From an uncultured Spirochaetota bacterium (GTDB taxonomy: Bacteria > Spirochaetota > Spirochaetia > SZUA-6 > Fen-1364), in NCBI GenBank assembly GCA_963745235.1, contig CAVUXE010000035.1, positions 256,001-320,000 on the forward strand: DNA of 64,000 nucleotides. Direction: 5' to 3'. Below, in pieces: positions 58,834 to 64,000 of the stretch. Made by a program: the position numbers and the translations under genes. Below the pieces are notes generated by a model that did no database searches, was not told the DNA's origin, and saw only the letters and a list, made by a program, of their open reading frames with translations. Numbering within the stretch: the first letter of the stretch is position 1; every line of letters starts with the position of its first letter.

Positions 58834-59316
58834 TCAGAACCAGATGCGGAAACCGATGGCTGGCTGCACCTGGAAGGTCAAGGGGGCCAAGCCGCCGCTG
58901 CTGATGGGTATCCAGGCCGGGGCGATCTCCAGGAAGATCTCCAGCACGCTTCCCACGGGCCATACCTGCAGCCCAATGGGAAGCCGCGCGCCAAGGTCGA
59001 ACGAGGACTGGTTTCCCGCGGCGAGGGCCAGGTAACCGCCGATACCGACGTAGTAGTCGAGCATTCCCGACAAGCGGCTGTGCGCAAACCAGTAGTCCAT
59101 CGTGAAGTCCAGCGCAAAGCCGCCGGATTCAGCAAGGCCGCCGATCCCGAAATACAGGGGGACGCGCGGGATATGGAAGACGAACCTGCCGCCCCAATCG
59201 TTGAAGTTCTGCGACGCCGCCTCCGCTCCGATGGCGATATCCGCCCTGGCAAACGCGGCCGTGGACACGGACAACAGACCGACGGTTATGAAAGCCAGAA
59301 TGACGCCCTTTTTCAT
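58834..59316 (-). CDS. Small outer-membrane beta-barrel (DUF3996/BAPKO_0422-like)
   Basis: Signal peptide; DYW, YVGIGGY, LGARLPIGL, EIFLEIAP; C-terminal RIWF. Confidence 0.75.
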   Translation of the reverse strand: MKKGVILAFITVGLLSVSTAAFARADIAIGAEAASQNFNDWGGRFVFHIPRVPLYFGIGGLAESGGFALDFTMDYWFAHSRLSGMLDYYVGIGGYLALAAGNQSSFDLGARLPIGLQVWPVGSVLEIFLEIAPAWIPISSGGLAPLTFQVQPAIGFRIWF

Positions 59317-59435
59317 GCTCGCTCCCTTCGATCGCTTGCCAACAGTGTAGCAGCAGCATATCTTATTCTCCAGCCCGGTTCAACGTGAACGGGCGCCTGG
59401 CCGATACTGGAATCAGGGAAGGATCGCCCGCACAC

Positions 59436-59741
59436 ATGAACTGGAGAGTGCGTATGCGAAGGGACGAGCTGCAGCTGAGGCGGATCGTCCAGAGCCTCGC
59501 GAAGATGCACGGGGATGACCCGGACGTCGCCGCGGCACGGGAGAAGGCCCTGCGCGCGCTGGCAGCCAGGCTCGCGGAGATGAAGGGCCTGGTGGAAGAC
59601 TGTCTCAGCGGCCGCAACGGATACGAGCGATCCGTCATGGAGTATCGCGTCAGGGTGGAGTTTCCGTTCTATTCCCACCTCGGTTCTCTCTCCGGCTTCG
59701 ACGAATATTTTTACACGTCTCGGATACAGTTCCAAGATTGA
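59436..59741 (+). CDS. Hypothetical protein
   Basis: Fills the gap with host-like codon usage; helical; no recognised motif. Confidence 0.55.
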   Translation: MNWRVRMRRDELQLRRIVQSLAKMHGDDPDVAAAREKALRALAARLAEMKGLVEDCLSGRNGYERSVMEYRVRVEFPFYSHLGSLSGFDEYFYTSRIQFQD

Positions 59742-59766
59742 CAGCTCATCGACCCGGTAGTAGAAC
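59738..59766 (+). promoter_or_regulatory. Promoter of iorAB (near-leaderless)
   Basis: TTGACA-N17-TAGAAC; ATG 9 nt downstream. Confidence 0.65.
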
Positions 59767-59775
59767 GGAATCGAA

Positions 59776-61551
59776 ATGAGCACAGCATCACGGCCTCGTT
59801 CCCTCTTGTCGGGAAACGAGGCAATCGCGCGGGGAGCCTGGGAGGCCGGCGTCACTGTTGCCACCGGATATCCGGGGACCCCTTCAACGGAGATCCTCGA
59901 GTTTGCCAGCCGCTACAAAGAGGACATCTACTGCGAATGGTCACCGAACGAGAAGGTAGCGCTGGAGGTGGCCGCGGGAGCCTCCCTCTCGGGGGCTCGC
60001 GTCATCGTGACAATGAAGCACGTGGGCCTGAACGTTGCGGCGGATCCCCTGATGACCCTCTCGTATATCGGGACTGTCGGCGGCCTCGTGGTGTGCGTCG
60101 CGGACGACCCCGGCATGCACTCCTCGCAGAACGAGCAGGACACCCGGCACTACGCACGCCTGGGGAAGATGCCAATCCTGGAGCCGGCAGATTCCGAACA
60201 GGCGCGGGACTTCATTCTGCTGGGCATGGAGATCTCGGAGAAGTACTCCACCCCTGTGATCCTGCGCTCCACGACGCGGGTCAGCCACTCAAGCGGCGCC
60301 GTCTCCCTTGGTGAGAGGGTGGACCGGGCACCCCCGGGCGGGTTCGTGAAGGATCCGACGCGGTTCGTTCCCATTCCCCTGTACGGCAGGCCCATGCGCC
60401 AGAAGGTGGAGGAACGGCTTTCCGCCATGAAGGCAGAGGTCAACTCTTCACGGGCGAACAGGATCGAATGGGGGGACCGCTCGCTGGGAATCATAGCGGA
60501 GGGAATCGCCTACCAGTACGTGAAGGAGCTTGCGCCGCAGGCGTCGGTGTTGAGGATCGGCTGGGTGTGGCCTTTCCCTGATGACCTCCTGCGGGAGTTT
60601 GCCGCGGGAGTGAGGAAGGTCCTGGTCGTGGAAGAGCTGGACCCGATTCTCGAGGAGCACGTGCGCTCTCTTGGCATTCCCTGCGAGGGGAAGGAAGTTG
60701 TCCCCGCCATTGGCGAGCTTTCCCCGGACAGGCTTGCGGGTGCCCTCGGACGGCAAGGGGCACCGCGCGCGGTTCCCGGCGCGGAAGCCGCGGATGGCTT
60801 GCCGGCCCGGCCGCCCGTTCTCTGTCCCGCCTGCCCCCACAGGGGGATCTTCTACGCCCTCGGGAAGTTCGATGTCGTGGTGACCGGGGACATCGGTTGC
60901 TACTCCCTGGGAGTGTTCCCTCCGCTCAAGCGCATCGACACAATCCTCTGCATGGGCGCCGGGATCTCCATGGCGCACGGGATGCAGAAGGCGGGAGAGA
61001 AGCGGAAGGTGGTGGGGATCGTCGGAGATTCCACCTTTTTCCATTCCGGCATCACGGGACTTCTCGACATCGCTTACAACAAGGGCGCCTCCATAATCAT
61101 CGTGGTGGACAACAGGACCACGGCAATGACCGGACACCAGGAGCACCCGGGAACAGGCCGGACGCTCCTCGGTGAACAGACCATCAGCGCCAGCATTGAA
61201 ACCTTCGGCAGAGCATGCGGGATCAGGAACATTGCGACCGTTGATCCATACGACATCAAGCCGACGGTTGAGACAATCCGCACGGCCGTGGAGTCGGATG
61301 AGCCCTGGCTCATCGTTGCAAGCTCCCCGTGTCCGTTGTCCACGAAGAAGAACCCGGGGGAGCCGCGCAGGGTCAATCAGGATCTGTGCCGCAAGTGCAA
61401 GCTGTGCCTGCGCCTCGGCTGCCCTGCAATCGAGTGGGTGAATGATGAGATCAGGGTGAACGAGCTTCTTTGCGGCGGCTGCGCCATGTGCGAGAAGACC
61501 TGCAAGGAAGGCGCGTTCCAGGTCGCCTCAGGAGCATGCCATGAGTCTTGA
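59776..61551 (+). CDS. iorA: Indolepyruvate:ferredoxin oxidoreductase alpha subunit
   Basis: GNEAIARG, YPGTPSTE, MKHVGLNVA, RPPVLCPACPH, GDIGCY, GDSTFFHSG, C-terminal ferredoxin Cys motifs. Confidence 0.95.
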   Translation: MSTASRPRSLLSGNEAIARGAWEAGVTVATGYPGTPSTEILEFASRYKEDIYCEWSPNEKVALEVAAGASLSGARVIVTMKHVGLNVAADPLMTLSYIGTVGGLVVCVADDPGMHSSQNEQDTRHYARLGKMPILEPADSEQARDFILLGMEISEKYSTPVILRSTTRVSHSSGAVSLGERVDRAPPGGFVKDPTRFVPIPLYGRPMRQKVEERLSAMKAEVNSSRANRIEWGDRSLGIIAEGIAYQYVKELAPQASVLRIGWVWPFPDDLLREFAAGVRKVLVVEELDPILEEHVRSLGIPCEGKEVVPAIGELSPDRLAGALGRQGAPRAVPGAEAADGLPARPPVLCPACPHRGIFYALGKFDVVVTGDIGCYSLGVFPPLKRIDTILCMGAGISMAHGMQKAGEKRKVVGIVGDSTFFHSGITGLLDIAYNKGASIIIVVDNRTTAMTGHQEHPGTGRTLLGEQTISASIETFGRACGIRNIATVDPYDIKPTVETIRTAVESDEPWLIVASSPCPLSTKKNPGEPRRVNQDLCRKCKLCLRLGCPAIEWVNDEIRVNELLCGGCAMCEKTCKEGAFQVASGACHES

Positions 61552-62140
61552 AAGCGCCGTCACCGGCATCGTCCTGGTCGGGGTTGGGGGACAGGGGATA
61601 CTCCTTGCCACCCAGATTGCCGCGCGCGCGGCGCTGATTGCAGGCCATGACGTCAAGACGAACGAGGTGCACGGAATGGCGCAGCGGGGCGGCTCGGTGG
61701 TTGCGCAGATCAGGTTTGGCGCCCGCGTCTACTCCCCGCTGGTTCCCGAGGGCAGCGCGAGCGTCCTGCTTTCTTTGGAGAGGATAGAGGCGCTTCGGTT
61801 CGCAGGCTACCTTGCCCCGGACGGGCTTGCCGTTGTCTCGAGCCAGGCGATTGTCCCCGTGACGGTGTCTTCCGGCCAGGCCTCGTATCCCGCGGATGCT
61901 GAAGAGTTGCTGCGACGGCGCTTTCCCCGGCTGGTGTACGTGGATGCGGTTGCCGTGGGTGACAAGCTCTGCGATACCCGTGTAGCAAACGTGGTGCTTC
62001 TTGGCGCCATGTCCACGGCTCTCCCGCTCCCGACGGAAAGCTGGGGGGAGGCCATTTCTCAGTGCGTCAAGCCTCGTTTTGTGGACATCAATCGCACGGC
62101 GTTCGAAGAAGGCAGGAAGCTCGCCGTGGCTGCCGCATAG
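61541..62140 (+). CDS. iorB: Indolepyruvate:ferredoxin oxidoreductase beta subunit
   Basis: GVGGQG, EVHGMAQRGGSV, NVVLLG, IN..AF..G. Confidence 0.95.
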   Translation: MSLESAVTGIVLVGVGGQGILLATQIAARAALIAGHDVKTNEVHGMAQRGGSVVAQIRFGARVYSPLVPEGSASVLLSLERIEALRFAGYLAPDGLAVVSSQAIVPVTVSSGQASYPADAEELLRRRFPRLVYVDAVAVGDKLCDTRVANVVLLGAMSTALPLPTESWGEAISQCVKPRFVDINRTAFEEGRKLAVAAA

Positions 62141-62149
62141 CCCAGCCCG

Positions 62150-62584
62150 CTAGTTCCTCTGATCCCAGCCTGCCAGCAGGGAGAGGAAACGGCTGAAGGC
62201 TTCCCGTGAGAATGCTTCTTCGGTGATCCGCACCACGCGGAAACGGGAGAGCCTGACCAGGGCAACGCGCCTCATGAACCTGCTCTTCATTTCCAGGCTT
62301 GCGATGTCCGCCCGGTTGATGACCTGAGGTTTCAGCTCCCACCCCCGAAACAGGGTGATTGTGCGCTCGTCCAACTCTATGGACCGGATTCCCCTGTACA
62401 GCCAGAGTGCCACGTCACCGCCGAACGCCGCGGCAAGCGCCAGGATCACCACAAGTGCGGCCAGGGGTGAGATGAGCGCACGGATCCGGGATGCAAGCAG
62501 GACTAGGAGCGCGGCGAAGAGGAAAGCGGCCACGTCGGTTGCCAGGAGATAGCGCAGGTGCGCCTGGAAGCTCATCTTTTCCAT
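62150..62584 (-). CDS. Hypothetical membrane protein (2 TM plus beta-rich domain)
   Basis: Two hydrophobic helices; TATAAC -10-like box 9 nt before the ATG. Confidence 0.65.
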   Translation of the reverse strand: MEKMSFQAHLRYLLATDVAAFLFAALLVLLASRIRALISPLAALVVILALAAAFGGDVALWLYRGIRSIELDERTITLFRGWELKPQVINRADIASLEMKSRFMRRVALVRLSRFRVVRITEEAFSREAFSRFLSLLAGWDQRN

Positions 62585-62617
62585 CCGCCGCCTGTTATAC
62601 CGCAAACCATGCTCGTC

Positions 62618-62646
62618 TTGACAGAGCACCGCCCCGCCGCTACCGT
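62618..62646 (+). promoter_or_regulatory. Promoter of carAB (near-leaderless)
   Basis: TTGACA-N17-TACCGT; GTG 8 nt downstream. Confidence 0.6.
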
Positions 62647-62654
62647 GGCCCCCG

Positions 62655-63770
62655 GTGGGTCAAGCCGCACTACTCCTTGAGGACGGGACATACTTCGAAG
62701 GGCAATCCCTTGGCGCCCGCGGGGAGGCCTTCGGCGAGGTCGTTTTCAATACTTCGATTACGGGCTACCAGGAAGTCCTCACTGACCCCTCGTACAGGGG
62801 CCAGATCGTCACAATGACGTACCCCCTGATCGGCAATTATGGAATCGTCCCCGGTGACGGGGAATCCAAAAAGGCATGGCTCTCCGGGTTAATTGTCCGG
62901 GAGGCCTGTGCCGTGCGATCCAACTGGCGCGGAACGATGGACATCCAGGAGTGGCTGGAGGACCAGGGCGTTGTCGGCATCCAGGGGATAGACACGCGGG
63001 CCCTGACCAGGCATCTGCGCATCAACGGGTCGAAGCACGGAGTCATCTCGAGTCAGGATCTCGACCGCGCCTCCCTTGCGCGCAAGCTGGAGCATGCGCC
63101 ACGCATCGTGGGAAGGGACCTGGTGGCGGAAGTGAGCTGTGAGGCCCCGTACGAATGGACCGAGCCGGCCTTCGGAGACGCGGCGCCCCGCCCGGCGGAG
63201 TTCCACGCTGTCGTGATTGACTGCGGCGTCAAGTACAACATCCTTCGCAGGCTGGTTTCCGCCGGTTGCCGCGTGACTGTCGTGCCCGCGTTCGCCGGCG
63301 TCGAAGACGTGCTCGGAATGCGGCCCGACGGTATCGTTCTTTCCAACGGGCCGGGAGACCCGGAGCCGGTCACCTACGTCGTCGAAACCGTTCGAAAGCT
63401 CATCGGCAGGAAGCCCATTTTCGGGATCTGCCTGGGGCAGCAGATCCTTGGGCTGGCCCTCGGGGGACGCACGTACAAGCTGAAGTTCGGTCATCATGGC
63501 GGCAACCACCCCGTCAAGGATACGAGCACCGGACGGATTGCCATTACCACGCAGAACCACGGGTTCAATGTCGATATGGATTCAATCGCCCATCCGGGGA
63601 CGCGCCCAACGCACGTCAACCTGTACGATGGGACTACGGAGGGTCTTGAAAACCAGGGGATGGAGTTCTTCAGCGTCCAATACCATCCCGAGGCGAGCCC
63701 GGGGCCGCACGATGCCGCCTACCTGTTCACCAGGTTCACGGACATGATGGGCGCGCACCGGGGGGCATGA
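62655..63770 (+). CDS. carA: Carbamoyl-phosphate synthase small subunit
   Basis: [41 protein letters not shown]. Confidence 0.97.
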   Translation: MGQAALLLEDGTYFEGQSLGARGEAFGEVVFNTSITGYQEVLTDPSYRGQIVTMTYPLIGNYGIVPGDGESKKAWLSGLIVREACAVRSNWRGTMDIQEWLEDQGVVGIQGIDTRALTRHLRINGSKHGVISSQDLDRASLARKLEHAPRIVGRDLVAEVSCEAPYEWTEPAFGDAAPRPAEFHAVVIDCGVKYNILRRLVSAGCRVTVVPAFAGVEDVLGMRPDGIVLSNGPGDPEPVTYVVETVRKLIGRKPIFGICLGQQILGLALGGRTYKLKFGHHGGNHPVKDTSTGRIAITTQNHGFNVDMDSIAHPGTRPTHVNLYDGTTEGLENQGMEFFSVQYHPEASPGPHDAAYLFTRFTDMMGAHRGA

Positions 63771-63774
63771 GGAG

Positions 63775-64000
63775 ATGCCCCGCCGAAACGACATCCACTC
63801 CGTCCTGATCATCGGGACCGGGCCGATCATCATCGGGCAGGCCTGCGAGTTCGACTACTCGGGAACGCAGGCCTGCAAGGCCCTCCGGGAGGAAGGGCTG
63901 CGGGTAGTCCTTGTGAACTCCAATCCGGCCACCATCATGACGGATCCCGAGATGGCGGATGCCACCTATATAGAGCCCATCACCGTGCCCTTCCTTTCCA
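63775..64000 (+). CDS. carB: Carbamoyl-phosphate synthase large subunit (3'-truncated by window edge)
   Basis: [45 protein letters not shown]. Confidence 0.96.
   Translation, partial: MPRRNDIHSVLIIGTGPIIIGQACEFDYSGTQACKALREEGLRVVLVNSNPATIMTDPEMADATYIEPITVPFLS

Overview
High-GC bacterial chromosome window, almost certainly from a free-living spirochaete (Spirochaetota). The evidence is the gene orders murC-yicC-cmk-like-rpoZ-miaA-bS22, cdaA-cdaR-acpS-DUF2225-truA-udg-priA and def-fmt-PASTA, plus a spirochaete-type lipobox and a DUF3996-like barrel. 1-19.4 kb is core genome: OmpA-ExbB-ExbD, a double cNMP-binding protein, tRNA-Glu, an orphan FlgH-like gene and folP. It also holds two 31-aa basic microproteins the ORF track does not call as such: ribosomal bS22 and an unrecognised one with its own promoter and strong RBS. 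Accessory DNA starts at tRNA-Gly(CCC) (19332-19402). An intact IS21-family element (19412-22201, 7-bp target duplication, extra 58-aa ORF) sits inside an old integrase-less island carrying hsp20 and a second ftsH, closed by a degenerate copy of the tRNA 3' end at about 27016-27078. Further on are two sugar ABC loci (one with an ApsI/XylA-like isomerase, one with rhamnose mutarotase and a UroD/MtaA-family enzyme), a CARDB-repeat lipoprotein with a barrel partner, an orphan RND pump, two chemoreceptors (one with a sigma54 promoter), a DGPF protein with an ECF42-type promoter, and a stand-alone MshEN-like protein coupled to an ATP-grasp ligase. The window ends with iorAB and carAB. Ten 1-2 nt frameshifts, one of them in miaA, look like long-read consensus errors rather than biology. 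No CRISPR array, rRNA or prophage is seen. All family calls come from motif recognition by eye; no database search was run.
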